A stretch of 64,000 nt of DNA from Obrimoposthia wandeli (GCA_977020255.1 CDROCS010000152.1:868001-932000); one strand, 5' to 3'. Counted from the first letter of the stretch, positions 23,501 through 38,500 are shown. A program made the numbers and translations. Notes: generated by a model not told the origin, from the sequence alone.

Positions 23501-26500
23501 ATTATTTAATACACGTTTTGGAATGTGATGTACTATCACTATTCGGACGCGCATAGACGGTGCCATAACGTTGTTTTTTCTTAATATTATTGTAAATTGA
23601 TTGTTTATATTGAAATTAAGAATTATATAATATAAAAAATGTTCATATATTACTAAATGTTATTGAAAAGTACTGAAACCTGAAAAAGGAAGCTAATATT
23701 ACAAATAAATATTTTCGCAATTATTGCTCTAGTAGTAATCGCTTCTTCTTGCGGTATCCAAACAAAAATAAAATTAGGAATATATGCTTTATTTTAACCC
23801 CTATTTATGGCAGTTCAGAAGTACTAATAAGTTTGAAATATACGCATTACCAAGAATATTTGATATTATCATAAAAGTACAACCGAACGTTGGTACATGT
23901 TGCAAACTTATAACATGTGAAAACTAAAAAAAATTCTTATACAATAGTGAATAATTCATCAAAAGATGTGTTTGTCTGTGAATTTATGTTACCATACGAA
24001 AAGTATCAACAAAAAAATTCGGGTAAAAATACAACACATTTCATTTTATATATTCATGATTCGTGATATGAATATATTTTTGTTTCTAACAAAGAATTTA
24101 TTTGAAATTTAAAATACATCTTTAACTACCTAATACAAAAAAAAAATTTTTGCTAAAATTTAGACAAATTTTGTTTATTTATAATTTTACTATTTTGATG
24201 CTCGTAGATTAACATGAATATGATATATTTTTAATTATTTTATGAAATTAAATGGATATTAACTGCTTAGTAAAGTAAGGAACACACAGTTTCTTTAAAA
24301 TAAACTTTTTAATTAAAAGGAGTATTATAAATGCTTTCTAAGATTCTTAAATTAAATGGAGGATCAGTTGTTGAAGCTTTAGAATTGTTTACTGATAAAT
24401 ATGACTTAGAGGGTCATTCTTGTTGGAGTTCCTAATTATTGAATAAAAATAAGGAATTAAAAGCTGAGATACATATAAGGTTTATTGCGGCTGGAGCAGA
24501 TGTTATTACAACACTCAGTTAGCAGGCAGACTCTAAAAACTTGTCCAAAAAACTTTAATATATCAATATCGGAAGCTAATGAACTGATGGCGGAGTTTGT
24601 GATCATCTGTCCGAATATTTGAAGAAATGAAATAGAATCAAGCAATTATTCCGTCACATATTCTATCAAAACTCAACGCAATTTCCTTCATCTACTACAA
24701 CATCTTCATTAATTGATGTGAAATCTACCTCCAAAGTCGAACTGAAAATCACGTTAATCGTAACTCTACTTCTCTGTGTTTGCTGAATAATATTAACTAT
24801 TTTTAAATTTCGAACAATGACACTTATAACTTTTGCACGAAAACGGCTACGACGAAAACCGCGACAAACAATTAACACTGATCCAGAGAACCTACGAAAA
24901 ATGATTAACAGTCTACCCAAACTGATATCGGATGATCATCGACAAATCAACTTCAAAGAAAAGGTTGTAACTCTTCCTACTATTCATGAACTTGATATTA
25001 ACATTTAATTTTTGTTTCCTCTTAGGAGAGCCAATTTTTTTTATTGTTAGTTTCTGACAGCTGTATGCAACCTCTTTATTTTTTTTTAGTTCTTAATCTG
25101 CTTGATTCTTTATATTGATAACGTATATTTGAATTCAAAACTGACATCATTCCCCTGACATTTTGGGAGATAGACACAATAAAATTTTACTAGACATCGT
25201 GACTGGCCTCCTACAAAAAATTCGACAGGTCATTATTTTTATTCTTAAAAATGTTAACGTTTTTAAAAATATTGAAACTCTCTAAATTGTTGGCCGCCTG
25301 GTCATTTTTTGTATTTAATAAAGTTATATACAAATTATATTTTCTTTTTATATTTAAATTAAGCCCAACATTAGTAAATGAATTTAAGCCCATATGCATT
25401 GGCTACTGATTAACTATTTCTAATCTACGACGCATTGAAACGTTTCTTATTAAGCCGCTATTAAATTTTAAACTTGAGATGAATATGAATTAGACATAAT
25501 AGATTCAAAATACAATATACATTCGAATAAACAATTTTACAAGAATTTAGTATTTTTATAATGATAAAGTTAAGCTGTTCATTTTGTAAAATTCAACACG
25601 GAATGTAACTTCAAAAACTCTTGAAATAAAATAAAAATATTGTACATATTTATGAATCAGCCTATTTTTACGAAAGTATGTTCAAAAACATTTAACTTTG
25701 AATACACTACTCTTCAAAGTTCGTTCTTGTTCAGACAGTTCTCTTTACTTCATTGGTTTCAAACTAAAGCTTTCTTTAGCCTATACTTCGATTTGTGTTT
25801 TTTGTTTGAAAATGCACTGTAGAGCAGTCAAAATGTTGAGGTTAAATATACAACGTAGGATCCTTTACTGGTGGTTCCCAACTGTGAGTTCTATTGGTAG
25901 TAACCTACCCCTTTAATTGTACTTATTTGAATGTTTTTTGAACTTATTTATAAAGTACTTTCAGTACAAATTGATTTATTAGGCAAAATACATAACACAA
26001 TATAATCAATACAAGAAATGTGTATCAAAACTTGTGGAATAAAATGTCATCAAAAAATTTAATGAACAAACTTCTAATTTATTTCCTTAGAATATTTCAA
26101 TAAAAATTATGTCAAACATTTTACAATCACTTAGATCCTAATATGGCTCTCGGTATGTTAGCCTAGTAGTTATTAACTCAACTAATGCAAATTTTACACC
26201 ATTATTGCGTTACTTGACATTGAACGTAAAATATGACGAGCTCGCATAGCGAAGCCGATTAGTCCAAACAAGAGCCATTCTAAAATGTTCTAAAATTTGT
26301 ACGCGTTGTATAGAGAATTTTATTGATACTATTTAAAAACGTCAGTAATAAATATGCGACCAACATAATGAAATGCATAGGGAAATAATATGCATTTGAT
26401 AATAATCGATTTCATTTCAAATCGGATTTTTACTGCCTTTTTACTCATGAATTCGACAATTGATGTAACTGAATGAATTCAGAATATCATTTTCAGTTGT

Positions 26501-29500
26501 GTACTGGACAAACCCCACAAGGTCATAATATCGTCCCTATCAACCCATAATGATCACTACAATGACCATTAATTTAATTGCCTTCATTAATTTACCTTCA
26601 GACATAAATTAAATTCGTAACTAACTCTAGCTTTGTTACTGCAAACTTAGCAACATATCATAACCACACAAACAAAAGCTTTACTGAAGATTGTAGTTTA
26701 TCTGTACCCTTTTACGGTGTTTGAAATCCTCAATACTACGGTTTGTGAACTCGAAATTAGGGCATGAAACAAACCGATTAGCTACGACTATTGTGTTTTT
26801 TTTATGTTTACCTCTTCTAGTTTCTTCGACAAGGATTCATTTGTTCACAAATGTCAGATGCCAGAAAGTGTTCATTAATTATTCAAGACCTGGCTGAACT
26901 CACAATGCACGAAATACATGATACATTTAAAACAAAGGAAGCCGTCACTGTACGCCAGACACACAAAACAGACCTTCTTCCCTGAATATAGTTTATTTAC
27001 ATGTTCCCAGGAGGACGTGATAGACAAAAAACTAATCAGTATAAAGTTCAAAATTAAGATACAAAGATTTCATTTTTGTTATTCAAAGGTACTTTACAAA
27101 TCAGCATTTTTGAGTAGTTAACTTAAGCATTGAAGCTGAAACAAGGACATCTGAATTTTTACACACTTTCTAACTTCTAAAGGTAAACTATTGTGAAGCA
27201 TTTATGCAAACACCTAAAAACACGGTCTTCTTTCTTCGATTAAGATTTTTCAATTGTCACTCTTCTATTATCGCCATTTTTCAAACTATTTGATCTTGGT
27301 ATATTGATAAATTCGAGAAATACTTACTCAATAATTTACTATATCAAAATGTATATTTTCAGCAAGACAACCCTCCTCCATATGTATTTAGGAAAAGTCG
27401 TTATTGATTTTTGTAGAGAATACCGAAAAATATTTTTATAAAATCCTAATGGTGCCATAAACACACTATACACGTCTAAATGTTTATTTGTATATTTGTA
27501 TTTTAAATTAATTTTATAAGAACTTGTCATATGGTCATTTCTTTTTGTAAATTGTTTATTTTTTAAAATATTAAATGTTTAGTTCACTGTTTTGAAAAGT
27601 TTAATGATGCAAATTAATCAATTCAGTATATTTTTAAAAGTAGAAAATTAAAGGGATATTTAATGTAATGAAATTATGCATTTTGCTTAATTTTGTGATC
27701 TTTTTCTAGAATGAGAAAGAGTAGCAATTATAAGATATTTTAACACAGTTATTTGGCGTATTTCATATTTATAGATTAGTTAATATAACTTCATGATTTA
27801 CTATGCAAATATTTTAATAGATATCCGATACACCTATTGTAACTTAGTAAGTTACAATAAGCCAATTAGTAAGTTAAAATCACTTAAACGTGATTGTCAC
27901 AGATTGTTACAAATTGTAATTTCAAATGATTTAAGTGATTTTAACTTATTTTTATTTAAACTTATTTAACAGTTTAATGTTATTTTATACATTTTAACTG
28001 TTTTAAACTTTAAATTTTACAGTTAAACGTGATTTAATTATATAATGATTTAACTGTTTTTTAGATATAAATTTTAAAAATGAAGTAAAAATAAATAGAA
28101 ATGCTATATTTATAATACATAGTTATAAAATGGATTCTTTCTTCATGCATCGCGGAAAGAATTTTTTTATGACTGTAATGAGAAGAAACATCTTGGTTTG
28201 AGGAATCAATCAGTACGCCAGCGATGCTTTCGCGGATTTTAAATATTTTTTCCTCCGATGAAGCTTGCAGCATACCAGCAGTCCGTGTAAGTTTCTTCCT
28301 CACATCACTTTTCACTTTAGAAAAAACCGTTTCAATAGGGTTTAAAAAGGGACTATAAGGGGGTAAATTTACAATTTTGTGGAGCGATGAGGTAGTGAGT
28401 GTCCGATTGTGGATACTGGCATTGTATTTGAAATATATTCGATATATTTGAAAGGTTTTCATACATTTTTAATATACCTAATCTAACTTAGTAAGTTCTT
28501 TTTAACTTACTAAGTTTCTAACAAATTGTGCCTCTCGGTGGGTTTTGATTGGATTGTTATTATTTTCAAATCCACGTATGTATGTGATATTTTATTTTTA
28601 CCTGTATTTTAATCTAATAACCTATTTTTAATTTAGTAACTTGGCCAAAATCTCAGTTTTACCCAATCAGTGACAGGCTATGTGATTCTATTCAAATATC
28701 AAATGCAGGTATTAATTTAGTAACTTATCTAATTTAATTTACTAATTTACAATAGGTGTACAACTTAATTATAGCTAGCTGAATTTAAATAAATACACTG
28801 CTTATCTAGTAAATTTATCAATTTATGTACATATTCCATACATTGCATGACGCTAACATTGTTTATGAAATTTCATATAACTTTTAAAAATTTTATAAAC
28901 CAGTTTACAGTTACTCTTTTACGAATAATTGAAATACGTTCTACTTAAGTCTATAAGTATTTGAAACCTTTACGAAATGTTTCTTGGAGTACTAAATAAT
29001 TGAGTAATCAAATAGAGAAATCACTCATTAAGAATGGCAATATTCTTGATCATTACTGTATATATTTTTAAAATTATATATTTTTGAAAAGATTCCAAGC
29101 TGCATATTATATATCTCAGGCATTCCCCGATAGATGGCTTCTAAAGACAGTAGCCATTTTGATACGTAGAACAGTCGTCTATGTACATAGTAAAAAGTCA
29201 TATTCTTGAATATTCTTCACCATGATTGCTGTCAGTATGATTAATAAAATCTGAAAGAAGTCTGAATTTGTCTTGGCAGATGAGGTTTACCAGAAAAAAG
29301 GAGAGTAATAAATCGTCTTAAAAATAATCTTAATCCTTATGAACCACATAGTATACAAACTCATCATATGCTTGCTCATATCATCAGTCATCTTACGAGT
29401 TTAATAGGATAATATTTGGTTTGATTGTGACTTTTCATTAGAGTGGAAATATTTTAGTTAAGATATGGAATGTGTCCATTTTTGACAGATTATAAATGTA

Positions 29501-32500
29501 AATTCTATTGAAGGTGATTATGAAATGAAGATGCGAATTCAATAATAACTAACCTGAATAATTTTTTTATGATACATATTTTCTTGGAGAATTTATTTGA
29601 ATTTGAACAACTCGTTTCCATTTATTTTATAACTGATAAAATGAATTCAGAACTAATAATGTTAGGCCTTTATATTTTTGATCATTAATTAAGTAACATA
29701 TTTTTCATTTGAAATATTTCTTATAAAAGTGAGACTCAGTTGAAAGAAGATTTCTGAAAATTTGTCATTTATAGCAACCAGGAAGCTAAAAATATCCAGC
29801 TATTATTAAAATGACAATTTAAATAAACTTGGCCTACGGCGTTTTTATTCTGAAGGTTTTATTTAAAAGTTATTTGTTATATTAAGAAAGCAGTTTTCTG
29901 TGTGAAAATATAATTAGTCTGAAGTCAACAAACGAGTCTGAGATTTGAATAGTTTCAGATTCTCACTGAAAAGCAATAAGATCGTATTGCAATTCTGTAG
30001 CGAAAAATAAAAATTTGCAGTTTTATTTTAATAAGTTTTGCATTGATTGATTAGTAAATTATTTTAATTCCTAAATGTACGGTCGTGGTAGGAAGTTGGA
30101 ATTCTTTATTATAAATAATTGAAGCATACACCCATCTTAACAACAGCGTGGGAATAAAAAATGTCACGATTATGATAGATTACAAACAAATGTTCAGTGT
30201 GTTTTTCATATTTCCTTAGCAAAAAATTTATTTGGGAAGATTTGTGAAATGCTTTGAAGAAAAAATCATTTTACTTTACTCTTTTCTAATTAATTCTATA
30301 TTATATTTAAAATCATGGGATTTGATATTTAAAATAATAATAGTTTAAAACAAAATTATATGTGTATAGACAAATAAAAATACATAAGTCAGTACTGCAC
30401 TATTTTTGCATATAATCTAAATGGGATTACTAAAAAAGTAAAATTACGAAATTATTACAACATTTTGAAAGAATTTTCTTTGGACAATAAACCAACAACT
30501 GGAAGACCCATAGTAATATGCGACTGTGATTAGAGAGACCATTAAATCGGAAAACTACTTATCGATGATTGAAATAATATTATTCCATATTTCAAGCGAC
30601 AGAAAAAACATATAGAATACTCTTTTTACTAGATTTTGTTTGTCATACACCAGAATATTTTTAGAAAAACAATTCAGATAATTGGATGAAGATTTGATTG
30701 GTTATTGCCTGCTCAATTCCTAGGCCTAAAAATTAACCAATAAATGAAAATAATAAAAAAAAACTAACTAGTAAAAAAGAAAAAACCGACCAAAAAATAA
30801 TAAAAAAAATTATAATTCCCAATTTACAGAACTAAAAAAATAATAAAACCAACTTCATAAGAATAACTTCATAAAGAGAAAAGTGAATCAATATCAGAAA
30901 AAATAATTTACATGATTTAAATCGAAATCGAAAATATTGATCCATTTACTTTTTATTCCGATGATCGTTACACAGTTGATGGTATCAAGTATTTGGAGGA
31001 GGCATATCAAAAAGAAAATTTTACTAATAGCTGAATATTATATTATTAATATTATTAATAAATATGTATCTGTTTCTCGGTTATAACAATTTATAAACTT
31101 TCCAGATAAAATCATCATTTATTAATTCTATTTATACTTTTCTTGATAAATAATAAAATATGATCTATAATAAATAAGTAAAGTACGTAGCTATTAATAA
31201 AATTAACAAACTGAAATATTAAATAGAGACTGTTTAAGAATATCATGTGAACATTTTCTCCAAATTTAAAATCTTTCCAAAATTAAATTTTGTATATATT
31301 TAGGAATTATTTTACTTTAAATATATACTTAATACATTTAAGAATATATTTTGTATAAATACCAACTTATTTTAAGAAAAGCCTTCAGGTGTATAATATT
31401 TTACCATTATCTATATATTTGCTAAATTTTCTTCAATTCCCAGCGCCCAAGTTGAAAGCATTACCTTGTAAGACGTTTGAGTTCGATATGTGGTCTCTGA
31501 CAGATCCTTGCATGTACTCTCTATTTAAAACTGGTTAGGGGAGATTGGGTTCGGTCACCAGGCTTGGATAACAACAAAAAACTAACGTAGTTATCGTTGC
31601 TGAAATGGGAGACCACACAGCCGCCCCGGTCGGGACTGAGGTCATGGAAAGCAGATCGAGTCAGGGAGTCGAGATTCTGGTGGCTGTGGTTGTGGTTTGT
31701 GTAGTATTGGCACTTGTTAACCAATGTCATATCTGCCTGGAGCGGGTCGTGGTTGGTCAGTGCGTAATGACGCAGTTTGTGTCGACGCAGCTTGTTACTG
31801 CCGTTGGAGCTGTCCAGTCGATCTTGTGAGCCTGAAACACCAATCGTACAAAATAGTTAGAATACATACAAGTTAATTTAACAGTGATTTTTAACGAATG
31901 TAAACAAATTAAAAAAGGCTACTTTTTTATATCAAAACACCAACTTTGAAATAAGGCATGTATTTGAGATCTGAGAATGTTATTGAATAAATTTAAGCAA
32001 AAATATGAATATATAGCATAATTGAAACCACGAAATTTGTTTTTTTAGACAAACGAAAAAGTATTCCCAAAATTCCAAACTGTAATTATTCAGATCTAGA
32101 AACGGACAATTGATAAGGAAATATTAAATCAATTGGCTATATTTATAGTCCTGGTCAAGAACATAATAGGGCAAGTTATCAAAAAAGTGAAAGTTAATTA
32201 ACCCTAAAAAGCGAAAGTTAATTCCAGGTGACCTGGGCGGACTATATTAGTCAGATAGCCGAGATATCACGTCAGCAGCGGATCTAGTGGAGGCAGCCAT
32301 TTCCAGAAACGAGGTAGCGTACAATCAGCCACCAACGAAAGAGAAGATAGACGAGTCAGAGAGTCATCAACGACAGAGAAATGAAAGGGAGAAGCAGATA
32401 AAATTATCCTATAAAATCTACAGTAATTAAGAAACAAGTCACAAGTTGAAATCAAAAACAGCAATTTATCTGACAACGAAAATTTACATTAAATTCACCT

Positions 32501-35500
32501 CGCTGATACTAATTCAAGATGACCCACAAACAGTCAAATGAATTTTCATATCGACTTAGGAAAGACGGATCCAGATTTCACCATAAAGAAACAAAACGTT
32601 AGATCAATCTTCATTTCACAACTAAATTTTCTTAATTACATCTTATAACTAAATAACATACCAACCGGCTATGGACCCACGACCTTTAAGTTTATCTACA
32701 ATCTTATACCCCTAACGATCTTATCTTTCTATAAATAAACTATACCCAACTCCCTAACAATGACTATATTTTACTGGAGTAACACACATCGTTTTCGGAC
32801 GTGTGTACTAACATATATTTGGAATTTGTGTAATAGTATATAGTATGTATTTATGGCACCTTATTGTAATAAATTGCATCTGAACTATTGACGCCATTGT
32901 ATTTTGTAACCTGACGTTGCTCCACAACCAATTAACCACCAGATTGAGAATACCTAGTGTAGGTCTTAATACGCAAGTATTATATCATTGAGAACTAGAG
33001 GCTTCCTTACAAAGTGAAATAACTGTAGTTCTAACACAATGATAAAACTTTACAAATAAAATATAAAGAAACACAAATATCAAATTTCATTTTGCATTGC
33101 TTAATTCTTAAGTAAACATTTTGTCAGAAATTAGAACTATTTGTTTAACAGTAAAAGTAATTTTCAATTCATTTCTTAATATCAAACATCAATTTGCTTA
33201 TAATCAATTAATTTGTTCTGAAGTTAATATATTCTATTTGTGTCAACAGATAATTGATCTAACATAAACGTTTACATTTAATCTCATTTTATAATTCATA
33301 TTCTTTCTAATTATTCAGCTATTTCATACAGTACAGAAAAAAATACCCCACTAAAATGTCTTCGTTTATTCCATTTGCACTTTCAGTTATACATATTGCA
33401 GAAAAAATTGTTTAAACTCAAAATATGGATTTGACTTTCAAATTTTTTAAATATAATTTTTTATCAATTAAATTATATACAATGGTAGTAGATTTTTTTT
33501 CTAATTGTATTATATCGCTAATCAAATTACATTAGTTATTGAGTGGTACCAGATTTTTATTTTTAAATTGTACATTATCAGTATTAATACGATTTAATTA
33601 TATGTTTTATTTGCCAATTACTTGTTTTCTTTTCAAACGCCACATCTAAGAAGAGAAGTTGTCAAACTGGAAATCACAAATATATATTCATATTTTAAAA
33701 ATATCTGTAAGCAACAATGTTAAAATATTAGATCTCAAAAAGGATTATTAGAGACATAAATAAAAAAGATTAAATTGATACAATACTATTGTTTAAAAAT
33801 TACGTTGCTAAGGGTTTCATAATGTAAGCAGTTAAAACATATTTTAAGTGAAATAAATCTACCTATTGAATTCACTTTGATGTTAAGCAAAGTTGAGATA
33901 ATTTATTAACCCTCAAAAATTCTAAGCATAAAATAATAATCAAGAAATACTCATAAAATAATTAAAATAAAATAAAAAATTCGATTTTAAAAATGTACTT
34001 ACATTTGTTACAATTTTAACTTAAACAAATCAATAAACAGCTAAATGTCATGTAAATATAATTAAAAATAATTGGTATGGCGAACCAACATTTTATAAAC
34101 CACTTTTTTAGGATAAATGGTAAATTTTAAAATATTATAAAAATCTGTCATTTCCACCTTCGATAACTTTTTGTAAACTTTGATGAGATTATTTTCCCGT
34201 TGGTGTTGAAAGTCTTTGTTGTAATGAAAAATCGTAGTCTATGAAATTTCGTAAGATTTTAACTACGACAATTGAAAGTTTTCCCTACCTTTTTCACCCG
34301 TGGATCATAAATTATATCCAAAAAATCTGTGAAATTCTAAAATTTTACGGAACCTTTATTATTAAAATAAAAGGCTAGAATAGTTACCAGATAAAAAAGG
34401 TATTTATTAAACATGAATGGTAATCAATGACTTCCTTGTATTTGATGCTTTTTGAACAAATTTAAATCATTTATAAATTGTAAAATATTTTTCATTTAAT
34501 TTCATCATTATTGAGATCATATAATATTTTATGTGCCTTTGTTGTGCTTTTTAGAGTTCGATAAAAACCAATTTAGAATTGAACTTTATGAAGTATATCA
34601 CTGGACAAAAATTGTAAAACCATCTGTAATTTAACGAATTAGCTTTTATAAAATGTATAGCTGTTCGATTGTTATACCCATTTTAACCCTTAGGGGCAGA
34701 TTGGTATCACCTGACGTATTAAAACACTAAAATATATTCCTAATATACTACTTTTATTTATAAGTAATAGATTTACGTATAATTTAAGTTTACTTAGAAA
34801 TTATAAATTACAACATCTGACGCACAAATTTAAAAATAAGATTAACTTGATAAATAGTGTACTTAAATTACTTTTAATTCAAAAAATGTTAGTAGTTCCA
34901 ACTTTGTTTTAAAGTCCATAGAAATTACAACTAACGAAGACTAGTGTTAACTTAAACTATCCCTATATACCTATAGTTGACGCCAGATGTTTTGAAACAA
35001 AATGACAGATTTACGAGAAAAAATTTATCTGATGATTACAGCTTTTAACTTATTTATTAAGTATATATGTTATTTTTTTAGTTTTTTTATTGTATCCCCT
35101 GCGTTGAACTACATCTAAAAATTTAACCACATAATTATTTTATATTACTCTTTTTTAATAAAAAAATTGTCCTATCTTTTCTGTTGCATACTTAATTTTT
35201 TTATAATAATTATTCTTTATTTAAGATATATGGTTCGTAGTAAACGATATCCTTAGTCATCTTTCAAATATTCTCTATGATGTTAATATTGGGACTATGA
35301 CTTGGACACAATTTATATTGAGTTCTGAAAACTAATTTTTACCCATTTTACTTTCATGTGGTCTCGCATTATCTTGTTGAAAGATAAATTCAGATTAAAT
35401 TGAGTATCACATAATTCTTTAATAAGTCTAGATATGTGTGACCGTTTATTGATCAATTTATGTTTCGATGTGAAAAGAGTTCCATAGTAAGCTAAATACC

Positions 35501-38500
35501 AAAAACCGTAATATATGTTGTACCTTTAAATGGCTGTTGGTCCCGGATTTCATCATGCATGCGTTATGCCGTCTTTGACCCGTCAATTGAGAAACTTGCT
35601 TTGTCTGGAAAACCACTTATATATATTGTGTCTGTATTTTACTTAAAATGATTTTACATTTAATACTTCCATATTTGAATAGTGAAACGTTGAATAATTC
35701 AGATATATTTGTGTTAATTTGTTTTAATTAGTTCGTTTCTGAATTCATTTATTTTTTCTGTGTTATTTCTTCTTGTTACGATATATTTTATACCTTCTAA
35801 CGTTCTTACAACACAATGGTTATTTCTGTAACATTTTCGTAAGATTAATATAGTTTCATGATTCTTAAATGGTTTTGATTTAAGTTTACTTTTTATTGGA
35901 TGATTATTAAACCTTCAAAGTATTTGTTTTTTTAAATATACTTAAATTTTTAAAATAAAAATATTACAATTAGATATATACTAAGTTAAATTAAAAAAAA
36001 CTATTTAACATTTTTTAGTCTATTTTTTGAGTAACAATTCTTACAAATGGTAGGTTAGAAGCATATATATATAAAGAAATATTATGTTTCAGCATTTTAA
36101 AGAAATGTGCTCATAAGAATATGTGTTACCAGTAGAGAAATTCTTGTATATACTTGTATACATGTATATATATATAAATTCAAGAAAAAGGCTTTCGTTA
36201 AAATCTTTTAGGAAAACAAAATTTTAAAGACAAAATTTATAAATATGAAATGGTCAATTTTATTTCACAAAAACTGATTTTATAACGACCAATAGCTGCC
36301 AACTCCACAGATGGGCGTGTGTGTAGTTTGTACTGATTTGATTAGCCGAGTTTCAAAAACGATGTGACTGTTAAAAAATCAGTCTAATGTGAATGTGAAT
36401 ATGTAATAAATCTTAATAAAACAAATTCGGCAAAATATTGCTAAAAAACGTAAAGAAAGCCCATGAATGAAGTCAATGATGAATTGGTGAGACTAAAAAA
36501 CCATTAGGTATGTTGTATCAAACTTTATCCCTTCAATCAAAATCACTACAATGTCTTTCCTTTCGCCTTCTCAGCTTCTTTTTGTTGCTAGAATCTGCAA
36601 ATTAAGCAATTAATAAAGTTACATTAGACGTCCGAAATATTTCCACACGGTCTATGACGACAAAATGAGAATATGATGATCGAAAACGAGAGGCAGAGAT
36701 ATGTACATAATGAGCCAGGGAGAGGATGAGAAGGAAACAGCCAAGTTACAGACAAAGTGCTGAGGGAGTGGCTATAAAAACGTGGAGAAGGTGTTAATAA
36801 GGTGAGATAGAGCGGCTATGTGAAGGTGTGGTCAGTGCGATGAAGTCCGTCACTATTTGATTTCTAAGTCCGAAGCAACAGAAACCAGTGAAATCTGATT
36901 GATCTGGTGAGACTGACTGACTCCACTCAAGGGAATACCAGCCGCGAGTCTTCTGTATTCTCTTCCGTCTCGCATTCTCACGTTTACCCAAGTATGTACT
37001 AATGTCATACACACAACCCAAACACCGAGAAGTTGTCGAAGAAAATTTAAGAGTTTTCTCGACTCACTTTTTCCATTAGTGTTAATTAAAGCCACATTTA
37101 AAATCCACTAAAGGTTTTTGTTCTTCCTAAAAATAACTCTAGTTCAGGTAGCTGTAGAGATTAATTAAATTCACCGATTTGCTATTAAGAAATTTCCAAT
37201 GGGGACATTTTGGCATATTTGTATACAATTCATTTGGAACTTCAAACGTTAACAAATGTTTAATAAAGCAAATTAACTTCCTATCATTGATTCAACATAT
37301 TTTGGACAACCGAAATTTACCAACTTCAATACGAGTGTCCATGTGTGCTTCTGTTAGGTCACATCGGAATTCATACACTAAATTTATATTGTAAATGAAG
37401 TGATTTAGTTAAAATATTTGCTTCTTCCCATACATTTTCCAGCAAATCATGAATATATTGAGGTTTAATTTTTACTTTCCTTCAATGTTTAAAAACATTA
37501 ATTCGGTCAAAACAGATTTATCAATTATATATGAAGATAATTACTTTTTGAATTGACTTGTAAAACATGTATCTTTCTACACATTCTATAGTATAATATA
37601 AATTAGGAATTAAAAAAAATACAAAAAATATATGCTGAATCAGTCAATCACATTTACTATAGAAATCTATAACAAGGAGGAAGGCGAAAGAAAATAAGCA
37701 CACATATGTTGATCTATCGCGAAATACTAATTGAATCCAGACAAAATTCTGTATAATTTTCCATTATTATGAAATTGTTCTTCAGCCGATTTAATTAGCT
37801 AGACATCAATAACAATGCACAATTTCAGTCAATATATTCACATTGTTTCGATTTGTCTGGTCTAAGTTGCATTAGACATGAAAAATTGTGAGATAAAAAG
37901 TTTCAAATTAACTGTGTCATTGGACAATGGGTTCAATTAACTTTGAAATGTAAACATAAATTTGAAAACCAATGCGTAATTAGTATCATTAGTCTTTTTT
38001 TTAATCATTTAAATGGGAATTTATTTTCGATATTTATGAATTATTACAAAATTAATGTGAAATTATTGTTAGAAAATTCGGATTATAGCTCTTTGGGATA
38101 AATGGAAATAAAGCTAACGAATAATCTAATCTCCAAATTTTCTGAACAAATATTTAGAAATCTACTGGAGAAGACTCGAATTGAAGTTATTTCAAAAAGC
38201 AAATTTCAAAACCTATGCGTGTCAAAAATATTAATACTTACTTATTTTCTTGGTTCTCTTCTAATTAGAAATATGATAACAGGATGCGTGACTAATTTTC
38301 TTAACTTTCCAAGAACCTAACTTTTTGTTCAGCATATATTTTCTCAGAATTTACATTATTAGGTAATTATAATTTAGAAAATAAAATGGATACAATTCTT
38401 TTTTTACAAAATTAGTTTCTTATTTTAATGATATTCCTAATATACTCCACTTTGTTCAACTCATAAATGAGAATCAACAGTAAAAAAGAGAGATAAATAC

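Noticed and set aside
23000-24622. Stop-codon reassignment (TAA/TAG read as amino acids) making the MyRIP-like and HMT pieces functional
   Set aside because: The long protocadherin exons contain no in-frame TAA/TAG, and the fragments also carry frameshifts and truncations, so ordinary decay explains them.
26910-26985. Extra minus-strand protocadherin exon (ttcag..ATT|gtgagt)
   Set aside because: Phase 0 to 0 does not fit the phase-2 junction of intron 5, and the peptide is unconvincing.
34683-34710. piggyBac terminus (TTAA-CCCTTAG)
   Set aside because: No matching opposite TIR or transposase was found.
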